IMG/VR virus record: IMGVR_UViG_3300025840_003125
From: a virus
DNA: 64,000 bases
Direction: 5' to 3' (one strand)
The notes beneath the pieces were generated by a model that was not told the DNA's origin, ran no database searches, and worked only from the letters and a program-made list of their open reading frames with translations. The first letter of the stretch is position 1; the number at the start of each line of letters is the position of its first letter. Below are positions 37,584-46,334 of the stretch, piece by piece. The position numbers were made by a program, and so were the translations under genes.

Positions 37584-38390
37584 ATGAAATATGAAAAAGC
37601 AGATTTACCTGTATTAATCTCTATGCCACGTGCTGGTTCGCATTACGTAGGTCATTATATAAGACAAGCATATCTTAAACGAGGTATTGTAGGACCTGAA
37701 AATCGTAGTTCGGAGTTTTTTAATAACGAAGACTATAGACAACCTATACAACAGAAAATAAAGTTATTTGAAGATTTAAGAGATAACTTTGGTGTAAATA
37801 TGTTTTCTATCTATCATGGCCATCATATGAGTCAACATATATCAATGCCTAGTAAACCTCATTACACTTATCTATTTGATTGGTTTAAAGACTTCTATTT
37901 AGGTTATACGGTTGTTTTATTAAGACGTAAGAATATATGGAAACACTTTGTATCTTTTACGTTTCATAATATTATTAGAGATGAATTAGACAAGTATGGT
38001 AAAGAAAATGAAATAACACATCCTTGGCATTCTATGAATGTTACAGATGATGATGTATTAAAATCAACAATACAAACATACAACATAAAGTTTAAGTTTA
38101 CGGATGCTCATTTTGAAAAGTTTTTATATTATGTAAGATTTTTTAATGAACATGTAATCAACTATTATAAAGATAAATTAAATGTACATAATCTATGGTT
38201 AGAGGATTGTACTCATAGTAAAATGGTTGATATGTTTATACCAGAAGAACGTAAATTAACTTATACAAATCCTTTTGAACCTAGTAAGATAAAGTATTTA
38301 ACATATTTTAACAATACAATAGAATACAAAGCAAAGTTTACTAATTTATATAATACTCATTTTAAGCCATATGGGTATGAGGTAGATTAA
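37584..38390 (+). CDS. sulfotransferase-like (Stf0/P-loop) protein
   Basis: LISMPRAGSH (5'-PSB-like), EFFN, LLRRKNIWKHFVS (3'-PB-like). Confidence 0.55.
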   Translation: MKYEKADLPVLISMPRAGSHYVGHYIRQAYLKRGIVGPENRSSEFFNNEDYRQPIQQKIKLFEDLRDNFGVNMFSIYHGHHMSQHISMPSKPHYTYLFDWFKDFYLGYTVVLLRRKNIWKHFVSFTFHNIIRDELDKYGKENEITHPWHSMNVTDDDVLKSTIQTYNIKFKFTDAHFEKFLYYVRFFNEHVINYYKDKLNVHNLWLEDCTHSKMVDMFIPEERKLTYTNPFEPSKIKYLTYFNNTIEYKAKFTNLYNTHFKPYGYEVD

Positions 38391-39222
38391 ACGCCCACGC
38401 TTTTTCATAACACCAAAAACATTGCCAACACCATGCAGTAAAGTCTTTAGTTTGTTTACCTGAACCTACACAAGAACGTGTAATAGGAAACAAGTCTTCC
38501 ATTAAACCTTCTTCTTTAAATACACCAGCAACAAATCTTTTATTTACATTTATATAAGGTTGATATACGTTATATGTTATATTAGGTTTGTTTGAAACAT
38601 CACGTCTTGTTTCACCTTGTATTCTTTCTAAATTTTTAGGAGTATAATTGATTTCAGGAAATCTTTCTTTTGCATATTTGGCAAATGCCATACGTATTTG
38701 TACAGGTGGGTTTGCTGTCATACCATCTAATCTAATAGGTCCTTTAAATTGACTCATAAATTCAGGTATTAGTTTATCTAATTGTAAAATCTTTGCAACA
38801 GCAGTTACAGACATATTGCCATATAACTTTTGATTTTCTAACATACTATCTCTTGCTTTAGGCCACCAGCCACCTACTTCTCTATCGTTAAAGTCTTTGA
38901 TTGTTATGTCATTTAACTTACCATTAGGAAACTTCTTTTGTAAATATTCAACTATTTCTCTAGCTGCGTCAGCGTCTTTAGGGGCGTTTACGTCATTACA
39001 CATAAAAGGAAATATTTCTATTTGCGGAAAGTGTTTTAATGTTAAGTATGTTGCTGACGCTGAGTCACAACCACCTGATAATGACATAACTATTTGTTTA
39101 GGTAAAAAATCATCATCAAAGTCAATATCTTTTAATGCTTGTTCTTTATATGGTGATTTGTTTATTTGTTCTTTTATATTTGTCCAAAATTCAATTGTTT
39201 GATTTCCATATGTTAAGTTCAT
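38362..39222 (-). CDS. QueC-like PP-loop ATPase
   Basis: SLSGGCDSA PP-loop; C-terminal TRSC...CWQCFWCYEK Zn motif. Confidence 0.7.
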   Translation of the reverse strand: MNLTYGNQTIEFWTNIKEQINKSPYKEQALKDIDFDDDFLPKQIVMSLSGGCDSASATYLTLKHFPQIEIFPFMCNDVNAPKDADAAREIVEYLQKKFPNGKLNDITIKDFNDREVGGWWPKARDSMLENQKLYGNMSVTAVAKILQLDKLIPEFMSQFKGPIRLDGMTANPPVQIRMAFAKYAKERFPEINYTPKNLERIQGETRRDVSNKPNITYNVYQPYINVNKRFVAGVFKEEGLMEDLFPITRSCVGSGKQTKDFTAWCWQCFWCYEKAWAFNLPHTHMA

Positions 39223-39977
39223 TTTAATGCTCCTTGTCTAACTTGTCTCCAACGTTGTAGTTCTGGTGTAACGTTAAAGTATTCTTCACTTTTTATTTTT
39301 TTAACTCTATTCTTGTCACTAGGTACAGCAAAGTTATCATAAGCCTTTTGTACATTTTTTCTTAATTTTCTACTTCTAGGATCAAAACCTCTATTTGTTT
39401 TTACTAATAATAATGTTATGCCTTCTTTATGTGCAATCTCTTTTGCTTGTTCTATTTCATGTTCATTGTATCCAAATATTATATATTGCCACACTATAGG
39501 GTGACCTGCCTGTACTCCCATTTTCATAGTTTCCCATACTTGTTTAAAATTAGAACCTATACGATACAATTCTGATTTCTCATCTAAACCATCAACACCA
39601 AAGTACCAACAATTTTCTCCTAGACCATAACTATATGCTTTTTCCCACCACTTCTCATCCATGCCTTTTGTATTAGTACCATTAGTTGCAACTCTTAAAC
39701 CTTTACCTAAACCGTCCATCATTTCTAAAAATGCAAGAAAGTCAGGATGATATATTGGGTCTGATATTTGACCACAAAAGGTTATCTGATTTTCATAATA
39801 GTTTAATACTTTTCTAAATTCTGCTTTACCTATATCAAATGATCTTGCTATTCTAGGTAGACCTTCTACCTTTTGTCGTAAACATTGTGGGCAACGTAAT
39901 ATACATCTATGTGATAGATCCATATTAGGTGAAGATAGTTTTTGATTTTGAATATAGAAGTCTGTTAAATGGCTCAT
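39219..39977 (-). CDS. radical SAM protein
   Basis: CILRCPQC; FCGQISDPIYHP; ATNG; FGVDG...YRIG; WQYIIF.YNEH. Confidence 0.9.
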   Translation of the reverse strand: MSHLTDFYIQNQKLSSPNMDLSHRCILRCPQCLRQKVEGLPRIARSFDIGKAEFRKVLNYYENQITFCGQISDPIYHPDFLAFLEMMDGLGKGLRVATNGTNTKGMDEKWWEKAYSYGLGENCWYFGVDGLDEKSELYRIGSNFKQVWETMKMGVQAGHPIVWQYIIFGYNEHEIEQAKEIAHKEGITLLLVKTNRGFDPRSRKLRKNVQKAYDNFAVPSDKNRVKKIKSEEYFNVTPELQRWRQVRQGALK

Positions 39978-40297
39978 TTTTTATAAGTATCTTTTTCTAA
40001 ATTACCACACTTGTATTGGCATTGTTTCAAAGCACAACTTGGATTATTTATTAGCGTATCAAAGAAGTGTTCCCACTCTTTAGATCCATATATATCTTCT
40101 AACTTGTCAACATTTTTTAGTGCAAGGTGATCGTCTTTTAAATGAAAGACTTCCGTTACACCGTGATCGTTTTTAGGATCATCTAACCAACAACAAGGTA
40201 ACATATAACCATCAGATGTATAGGCTGCTGGTTTATGATAACTTTTAGGTTGATATGTTAAACATCTAGGTTTAATTTTTATATCTTTAGGATTCAT
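39974..40297 (-). CDS. stand-alone SPASM/twitch Fe-S domain protein
   Basis: C...AYTSDGYMLPCCW...C...CQYKC; ATG at 40297 follows its own promoter. Confidence 0.7.
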   Translation of the reverse strand: MNPKDIKIKPRCLTYQPKSYHKPAAYTSDGYMLPCCWLDDPKNDHGVTEVFHLKDDHLALKNVDKLEDIYGSKEWEHFFDTLINNPSCALKQCQYKCGNLEKDTYKK

Positions 40298-40303
40298 TTT
40301 TAT

Positions 40304-40332
40304 ATTGTAACACAATCTTAACATAAAGTCAA
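40304..40332 (-). promoter_or_regulatory. sigma70-type promoter (leaderless) for SPASM-rSAM-QueC
   Basis: Minus strand TTGACT-N17-TACAAT with TG; ATG 6 nt downstream. Confidence 0.75.
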
Positions 40333-40333
40333 G

Positions 40334-41755
40334 CTAGTAATACTCCTTTAGTTCAGGAAATACATCAAATAAATTGTACTCCCATTTAGTTCCCTTGTAA
40401 CGTTCATCTATTTGTAATAAGTATTTAATTGTTTCTTTATAGTCATACCCATTATTGTCTTCTCGTAATACTTGTTGTATATCTGGCCACTTTTCATATT
40501 TAGGTATCAGTTCTTGTTTGAGTTTATCAGGCAATACGTTTGCAGCTAATTTTTCGGGACTTCTTATATTAGACCAGTTTATCATAGAGCCTCTTTCCCT
40601 TGTTTCAAATATATCAATATTTTTGTCGTACCATTCAGGCAACTCATAAAATCTAAGCACACTTAAAAACGATATAGCGCCATTAATATTTATTTTTACA
40701 TTAGGGTACTTTCTAACGGTCTTAATGTTATTAACAATCTCATCCCAATTTGATCTTCTTCTAATATAGTTATTATATATTCCTACACTATCAAGTGATA
40801 CGGTAAACTCAAATAAACCAAACTTAGGAATAAAATCTGTAACTTTCATTTTATCCATATTCATAGTTTGCATATTTGTCTGAAATTTTAAAAGCATTTT
40901 TTGACAATCATCAGGCGCCTTTTCTACCAATTTTTCAAGTAACTTATAATATGGTTTCATAACTAATGGTTCACCACCTATAAGTTTCATTGCATAGATG
41001 TAAGGTGCTATATCTACTACCTGATCTGATATTTTATCTAAACTATCATTATCTAAATTAAATGATACTCCTGCTCTAGCATACTTTTGTAATTTTTGTG
41101 AATATATGGTTTGATTATCTAATGCCTTGTGTTGTATTGTTTCTATTCTTTTTGTTGAATCCCAAGGATGGCACATAAAACAATCAAGGTTACATTTGTT
41201 ACCATATACTTTTATCTGTACCTCAAAACATCTATCTTTTATATGACCTCTCAAATCTTCTTGGTATCTTCTTACAGATTTTTTTAGTTCAGGCCATATA
41301 AGTGAATCATTAGTTTGTATTTTAAGTGCAGCTTGTCGCCTTGATCTTCCGTATAGTTTTTCTTGTTTTCTACAAGTTCTACACCATTCATTTGTAAGTT
41401 TTAAATCAGAATTTTCATCTAGCATTTCTGCTCTTAACTTGTTTAGATTTTCATTATTTTCAAACCAATCTCTAAATGTAACGTCATGTATTTTAGGTGC
41501 TAAATGATCGTTGTTTAATTCAGCCCAAGAGCATGGTGCATATCTGCCTCTTGTATTGGTGTATAACATTTGAAAGGGAGCGCTACAGAAAAACATTTTT
41601 TGATCTTTGATTTTTTGTTCAAACTCACCATCACTCCAAGGTTTCATACAACCTGCTTGAAACCATTGACTAGTATCAACTTTACCATCGCCAAGATATT
41701 TGTCGCCTGGACCACCTTTTGTTAGATGTGATTTATCTTTTGTATCTTTTGTCAT
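40334..41755 (-). CDS. radical SAM protein with N-terminal twitch/SPASM domain
   Basis: FCSAPF...APCSW...CRTC; CNLDCFMC; GGEPL; QTN; VSLDS. Confidence 0.9.
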   Translation of the reverse strand: MTKDTKDKSHLTKGGPGDKYLGDGKVDTSQWFQAGCMKPWSDGEFEQKIKDQKMFFCSAPFQMLYTNTRGRYAPCSWAELNNDHLAPKIHDVTFRDWFENNENLNKLRAEMLDENSDLKLTNEWCRTCRKQEKLYGRSRRQAALKIQTNDSLIWPELKKSVRRYQEDLRGHIKDRCFEVQIKVYGNKCNLDCFMCHPWDSTKRIETIQHKALDNQTIYSQKLQKYARAGVSFNLDNDSLDKISDQVVDIAPYIYAMKLIGGEPLVMKPYYKLLEKLVEKAPDDCQKMLLKFQTNMQTMNMDKMKVTDFIPKFGLFEFTVSLDSVGIYNNYIRRRSNWDEIVNNIKTVRKYPNVKININGAISFLSVLRFYELPEWYDKNIDIFETRERGSMINWSNIRSPEKLAANVLPDKLKQELIPKYEKWPDIQQVLREDNNGYDYKETIKYLLQIDERYKGTKWEYNLFDVFPELKEYY

Positions 41756-42518
41756 TTATATACACTTCAATTTTTTCAAACCCATAGTGATAATTTTTAT
41801 ATAGGTCTTCATTTAACATAGATGGGAAAGTCCATCTCTTATCTTCATCGCCATGTTTACCTTCTTTGATACTTATGTCTTTATTAAGTACTTCAGGATG
41901 TTCTAATCTATCCATATCTGGATGAGGATATCCTACACCCACAAGTAGTTTAGGTTCTGACTCTAGTTTTAATAATTTTTGTACATTATCGCCTTTTACA
42001 TCTCTTTCAAAGGCACTACAATAACCTGTTTTATATCCTAGTAAAGCTGCAGCCATAACTAATTGACCAGATGATATACCTATTGATGTATTCTTTTGTT
42101 CTTCTAAAGTATCTATTGCTATTTTAGTTGCGTTTGGTTGTGTAGCAACAATGTGTGTACCACTTCTTATATTTTTAGTTTCATCACAATACACAAAAAC
42201 AACAGGCGCTAGTATTTGTGAATTTGTTACAGCATATCTATGATCGGTAACAAACTTCTTTTTAGTATCTGTAAATATTTTATCTGTTTGAGTATTTGTT
42301 TGAAAAGTAAATAACTTTGTTCGGTTATAGATTTTTCTTATAACATTAGGATTAGTATATACTCTTAAACTATAATGTGTTTCATTTTGCTTTGATGGTG
42401 AGTTAGCTGCAACATAGATAAGTGTTTCTAAATCTTCCTCTGATACAGGTTTAGTCAAATCATAATTACGCTGTGCTTTTTTACATACATCAATAGCATT
42501 CTTTATTTCATCATTCAT
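41733..42518 (-). CDS. nitroreductase-fold flavoprotein (paralog 3)
   Basis: AQRNYD..KPVSEEDLETL...AANSPSKQN; APVVFV; SIGISSGQLVMAAALLGYKTGYC; VGVGYP; ATG at 42518. Confidence 0.8.
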   Translation of the reverse strand: MNDEIKNAIDVCKKAQRNYDLTKPVSEEDLETLIYVAANSPSKQNETHYSLRVYTNPNVIRKIYNRTKLFTFQTNTQTDKIFTDTKKKFVTDHRYAVTNSQILAPVVFVYCDETKNIRSGTHIVATQPNATKIAIDTLEEQKNTSIGISSGQLVMAAALLGYKTGYCSAFERDVKGDNVQKLLKLESEPKLLVGVGYPHPDMDRLEHPEVLNKDISIKEGKHGDEDKRWTFPSMLNEDLYKNYHYGFEKIEVYINDKRYKR

Positions 42519-42523
42519 ATGCC

Positions 42524-42538
42524 TATTTATTATAAATA
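42524..42538. promoter_or_regulatory. back-to-back late promoters
   Basis: TATTTATT (AATAAATA on minus) overlapping TATAAATA on plus. Confidence 0.65.
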
Positions 42539-42597
42539 TAACTAATATAATCTTATATTTACATTCCCGAACATTGCAGATAACTAGGAGGTAGTCT

Positions 42598-42855
42598 ATG
42601 CCAAAGAAGCATAAGAAAATAACTATATCCTCTCTAAAAAAGAAGGCACCTAAAGTACCTCCTTTCACGTGTATAAAGATTGACAATGTTATAAGTAAAT
42701 TAGAGAAGATAGTAGATAAGAAAAAAGCGTTAGATAAGAAACAATTAAAAGAATTAGTAAAGAAACTTGAGGTATTAAGGGACGCCAATGATAAACTACG
42801 TGATAGTGGGATATATTGGTATGAAAAATTAAAACACTTATTAAAAACGAGGTAG
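42598..42855 (+). CDS. basic hypothetical protein
   Basis: SD AGGAGGT; APKVPPFTC..ID...LEVLRDAN..LR. Confidence 0.75.
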   Translation: MPKKHKKITISSLKKKAPKVPPFTCIKIDNVISKLEKIVDKKKALDKKQLKELVKKLEVLRDANDKLRDSGIYWYEKLKHLLKTR

Positions 42856-42865
42856 GAGGTCTTCT

Positions 42866-42943
42866 ATGAATTATTATTTTACAGGTGCTCTTATAATATT
42901 GTTTATTTTGTTTACTTTATTTGTTACACCCTACCCATATTAA
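42866..42943 (+). CDS. 25-aa membrane peptide (not in ORF track)
   Basis: SD AGGAGGT; MNYYFTGALIILFILFTLFVTPYPY*. Confidence 0.55.
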   Translation: MNYYFTGALIILFILFTLFVTPYPY

Positions 42944-43030
42944 AGTTTTGTTACAATCGGTTTTCCTATGTTAAATACTAGCGATAGTTATTAAACTATC
43001 AATCTCTAAAGTAAAACATAGGAAACCTAG

Positions 43031-43963
43031 ATGAGAAAATTATTATTCAGTTTAATTATGATTTTGATGACAACTACATTATATGCAAGGGATCAAATTA
43101 ACATTGTTGGTTCTTCAACAGTTTATCCATTTTCAACAGTAGTCGCAGAAAGATTTGGTAAGTCAGGTAAGTTTCAAACACCTGTCATTGAATCAACTGG
43201 TACTGGTGGTGGAATGAAACTATTTTGTAAAGGCATTGGTACAAACACACCAGATATGTCAAACGCAAGTAGAAAAATAAAACCAAAAGAAGTTAAACTT
43301 TGTAAAGATAATGGTGTTACCGATATTACACAAGTGATTGTAGGTTTAGATGGTATTGCTTTTACAAGTTCAGTACAAGGCAAACAATATAACTTTACAA
43401 AAAAACAACTTTGGGAAGCGATGGCTGATCTAGGATCAAAACCAACTAAATGGTCAGATATTGATCCTTCTTTACCAGACATTAAAATAGCAATACTTAC
43501 ACCACCTGCTACAAGTGGTACAAGGGATGCTTGGAATGATCTAGTAATGAAAAAAGGATGTCCTGAAACTATAAAAGGCAAAGAATGTTTTTTATTAAGA
43601 GAAGATGGTGCAGTAATTGAAGTCGGTGAAAATGATACTTTGATTATTAACAAACTTGTAGGTGAACCAACATACTTTGGTATATTTGGTTTTAGTTATT
43701 ACGATAATTCAAAAGATAAAGTTCAAGCACATACAATTGAAGATGTTAAAATATCTTTATCATCAATACAAGATGGTTCTTATCCAATAAGTCGACCATT
43801 ATACTTTTATGTAAAAAATCAACACATTGATGTAATACCAGGTATTGAGGAATTTGTAAAAGAGTTTACATCTAAAAGAGCTGCAGGTAAAAGAGGTTAT
43901 CTTTTAGATTTAGGATTAGTACCTTTGAAAAGTTTAGATGAATCTATTTCTAAAGTAGAATAA
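43031..43963 (+). CDS. pstS: phosphate ABC transporter substrate-binding protein
   Basis: Signal peptide; GSSTVYP, ESTGTGGG, ASR.IK, SGTRD, YPISRPLYFY. Confidence 0.95.
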   Translation: MRKLLFSLIMILMTTTLYARDQINIVGSSTVYPFSTVVAERFGKSGKFQTPVIESTGTGGGMKLFCKGIGTNTPDMSNASRKIKPKEVKLCKDNGVTDITQVIVGLDGIAFTSSVQGKQYNFTKKQLWEAMADLGSKPTKWSDIDPSLPDIKIAILTPPATSGTRDAWNDLVMKKGCPETIKGKECFLLREDGAVIEVGENDTLIINKLVGEPTYFGIFGFSYYDNSKDKVQAHTIEDVKISLSSIQDGSYPISRPLYFYVKNQHIDVIPGIEEFVKEFTSKRAAGKRGYLLDLGLVPLKSLDESISKVE

Positions 43964-43988
43964 AAAAAAGGGCGCCAAAAGGCGCCCC
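43962..43988 (-). terminator. intrinsic terminator between convergent pstS and hydrolase genes
   Basis: A8 tract plus GGGCGCC-AAAA-GGCGCCC (U-tract on minus strand). Confidence 0.75.
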
Positions 43989-44008
43989 TAACAAACAACA
44001 AAGGTATT

Positions 44009-45313
44009 TTATAATTTTTCGTGTACCAACTTCATCCAATTATAATTTCTATGGATTGCCATTGTGCTAATGATTTTATTATTTTCAAAATCAATTGTAA
44101 TTGTTTGACCACCAAAACCATCTAATATGAATATTGGTTTATCTCTCTTACCAGAGATACCCATATGAAATTGACCACCGTATGATTTAGTGTGTGAAAA
44201 TGCGTCTGTTGTATTTGCATTATTAGTTTTACCTTTTTTAATTCTGTTTTCATGTAAAGATTTTAAATATTGACCTTCACAAGTATTGTTGTTCCAATCA
44301 TCTAACATTGCAACAGCAACTCTCATATAATCATATCTGGTTAGGTACATTCCATAATTTATAGACAAGTCAGATTTTTTAGATTCACTAGGTTGTTTCA
44401 TCACAACATTATATTCAATACCAATTTTATTTTGAAATATATCTTTTAACATTTTTTTGTATTCTTTAGCACCCATAGTTGACATAACATAACTAGCAAA
44501 AACGTTTGTATTTAAATTTGCATAGTGATATTTGTTTTTACCAGGTGTAGTATTTTTTAATTCTTTTTTTGCAATACTATTTACTGACCATCTATTAGAC
44601 CATCTTTTTGAATTTTTAAAACTACCACCACCTTTGTTATCAACATATTTTTGTGAACCTGACGCCATATTAAGCACGTTAATTATAGGTTGATTTTCAA
44701 ATAAAGTATTTTCTAATACATCCCAGTTCATAGTTTCATGTATACCATTAACATATCCTCTACAAAGAGCATGCCCGTATATATATGACATAATTGATTT
44801 ACCCATAGAGTTTGAAACATACAAAGAATTGTTTTTAAATATTTTACCAAATCTATCTTTAGGTGTAATTTGATCTATTACTATCTCACCATCAACATAC
44901 ATAAGGTAACTTAATAGAGCAGTTTTTTGAAATGCCTTTGTAACTTTCTCATCTTCTGTAAGATTAAAAGTAAACTCTTTATAATTTTTTGATTTCTTTA
45001 TAACGATTTTGTGTTTTTCTTTTACTGGTTCGTTAATATATTTTTTTAGATATTTTTTTAATATCCTATAATCTGGATTTGCATCCCAAGGTATTTCAGA
45101 TGAAGTGCCATTTTCGTAACCTTTCCAAGGTGTATTCTTTGTATTCTTACCTGATACTTTTTTTATTTCTAATGTTTCGCCATCACAACCATTGATGTAC
45201 CATATCTGACTATATTTTTGTTCATGTTTACAAACGTCATGTTCTTCAGCGAATACAGCAGCGGCAGAAAATATAAATGAAAATATTAATATTGTTATCC
45301 AAAGTCTAAACAT
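44009..45313 (-). CDS. exported serine hydrolase, beta-lactamase/PBP (AmpC-like) family
   Basis: Signal peptide; SNSMGKS (SxxK), LNMASG, YANLN (YxN), DGFGGQ. Confidence 0.8.
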   Translation of the reverse strand: MFRLWITILIFSFIFSAAAVFAEEHDVCKHEQKYSQIWYINGCDGETLEIKKVSGKNTKNTPWKGYENGTSSEIPWDANPDYRILKKYLKKYINEPVKEKHKIVIKKSKNYKEFTFNLTEDEKVTKAFQKTALLSYLMYVDGEIVIDQITPKDRFGKIFKNNSLYVSNSMGKSIMSYIYGHALCRGYVNGIHETMNWDVLENTLFENQPIINVLNMASGSQKYVDNKGGGSFKNSKRWSNRWSVNSIAKKELKNTTPGKNKYHYANLNTNVFASYVMSTMGAKEYKKMLKDIFQNKIGIEYNVVMKQPSESKKSDLSINYGMYLTRYDYMRVAVAMLDDWNNNTCEGQYLKSLHENRIKKGKTNNANTTDAFSHTKSYGGQFHMGISGKRDKPIFILDGFGGQTITIDFENNKIISTMAIHRNYNWMKLVHEKL

Positions 45314-45591
45314 TATATTCCCATCCCTTCTAATCTAAAATCTACAACAGGTACAAAGTCGTAAGCGTATTCTTCATCCTCACCCATAGGACCTGACATC
45401 TTAACAACACAATCATTTTTCTTTCTGTTGTCAAAGAAAGTTTGTAAAGCAAGTTTTAAACTATCTGCCATTTGTTGATGTACAGATACGTTAAACTTCG
45501 TAAACAAAGTACCACAACAAATTGTAATACCATCAGCAGACTCTGCCCTTGCAATGTTCATTATATCTTTTTTCAATTGTGTATCTTTCAT
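45313..45591 (-). CDS. hypothetical protein
   Basis: SD AGGGAG; coupled to the hydrolase gene. Confidence 0.65.
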   Translation of the reverse strand: MKDTQLKKDIMNIARAESADGITICCGTLFTKFNVSVHQQMADSLKLALQTFFDNRKKNDCVVKMSGPMGEDEEYAYDFVPVVDFRLEGMGI

Positions 45592-45595
45592 AGTG

Positions 45596-45724
45596 TTATA
45601 TCTCCCTTTTAGTTTTCATTATTTGTATTACTTCAAATAAAGATTTTGTTTTAAGTAATTTGTTTCCGTAAGCAAGTCTTTTTTCAAGTTTCTTAATTGC
45701 AGTTTTTAACTCTTTATTATTCAT
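45596..45724 (-). CDS. small basic protein (42 aa, not in ORF track)
   Basis: MNNKELKTAIKKLEKRLAYGNKLLKTKSLFEVIQIMKTKREI*; fills operon gap. Confidence 0.55.
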   Translation of the reverse strand: MNNKELKTAIKKLEKRLAYGNKLLKTKSLFEVIQIMKTKREI

Positions 45725-45961
45725 TTATTTGTTTTGTAATGCGATTGTTATTAAACCAGATACTATACCTGTTAAGGCCATCATAGCACCTATCATAAAG
45801 TTATTTGCTTCGATAGCACCAACAGATCCTACCATACTGAATAAAAATACAATAGCAGTAACTAATGATATGTTTTCTTTTATTTTTTTCATAATTTCTT
45901 CCTTATATCTCAACTGATTGTAAGCTTCAATTTGATTAAGTGCTTGTTTTTGTAGTGTCAT
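45725..45961 (-). CDS. small two-TM membrane protein
   Basis: SD AAGGAG; two hydrophobic helices. Confidence 0.6.
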   Translation of the reverse strand: MTLQKQALNQIEAYNQLRYKEEIMKKIKENISLVTAIVFLFSMVGSVGAIEANNFMIGAMMALTGIVSGLITIALQNK

Positions 45962-45973
45962 AGTGTTTTCTCC

Positions 45974-46177
45974 TTATTTAATTTTTAATACACCAGTTTG
46001 TTGGTATACTTTGTAGTTGTTAATGATTTTATTAATTGCATTTTTCATATTAATATCAATCATTTCTAAAAGAGTATTATCAACTTCAATAATTTCTTTT
46101 ATATTTTTGTTTATTTTACCGATTTGTCTATATGCAACGTTTCTAACAATTGCCATATTCATATTATTTGTTTTCAT
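45974..46177 (-). CDS. hypothetical early protein
   Basis: First ORF after minus-strand promoter. Confidence 0.6.
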   Translation of the reverse strand: MKTNNMNMAIVRNVAYRQIGKINKNIKEIIEVDNTLLEMIDINMKNAINKIINNYKVYQQTGVLKIK

Positions 46178-46185
46178 ATACTACT

Positions 46186-46214
46186 AATATACCGTATTTT
46201 TATGTAAAAATCAA
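46186..46214 (-). promoter_or_regulatory. sigma70-type early promoter (minus strand)
   Basis: TTGATT-N17-TATATT. Confidence 0.65.
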
Positions 46215-46273
46215 CAAAAAAATGGATTAATTGTCCGATTCTTCCGTAGCTTGTCGGCATTCTGGCGTATATA

Positions 46274-46288
46274 GAACAAAAGTAGAAC
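46274..46288 (-). promoter_or_regulatory. alphaproteobacterial LexA (SOS)-type box
   Basis: GAAC-AAAAGTA-GAAC (GTTC-N7-GTTC on minus) in a divergent intergenic region. Confidence 0.55.
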
Positions 46289-46297
46289 AAAAACCCT

Positions 46298-46305
46298 TAT
46301 AAATA
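46298..46305 (+). promoter_or_regulatory. T4-type late promoter
   Basis: TATAAATA. Confidence 0.7.
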
Positions 46306-46334
46306 GTAGAAAAACATCAAAATATGAGGAAATT

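Noticed and set aside
38362-41755. Complete 7-deazaguanine DNA-modification pathway
   Set aside because: Only a QueC-like gene is present; no folE, queD, clear queE or dpdA in this window
42519-42788. N-terminal extension of ORF 41733..42788
   Set aside because: Antisense to the real gene 42598..42855; nitroreductase similarity starts at ATG 42518 right after a late promoter
42938-42955. Pho box upstream of pstS (TATTAAA / TGTTACA at 11-bp spacing)
   Set aside because: Too degenerate to call in AT-rich DNA
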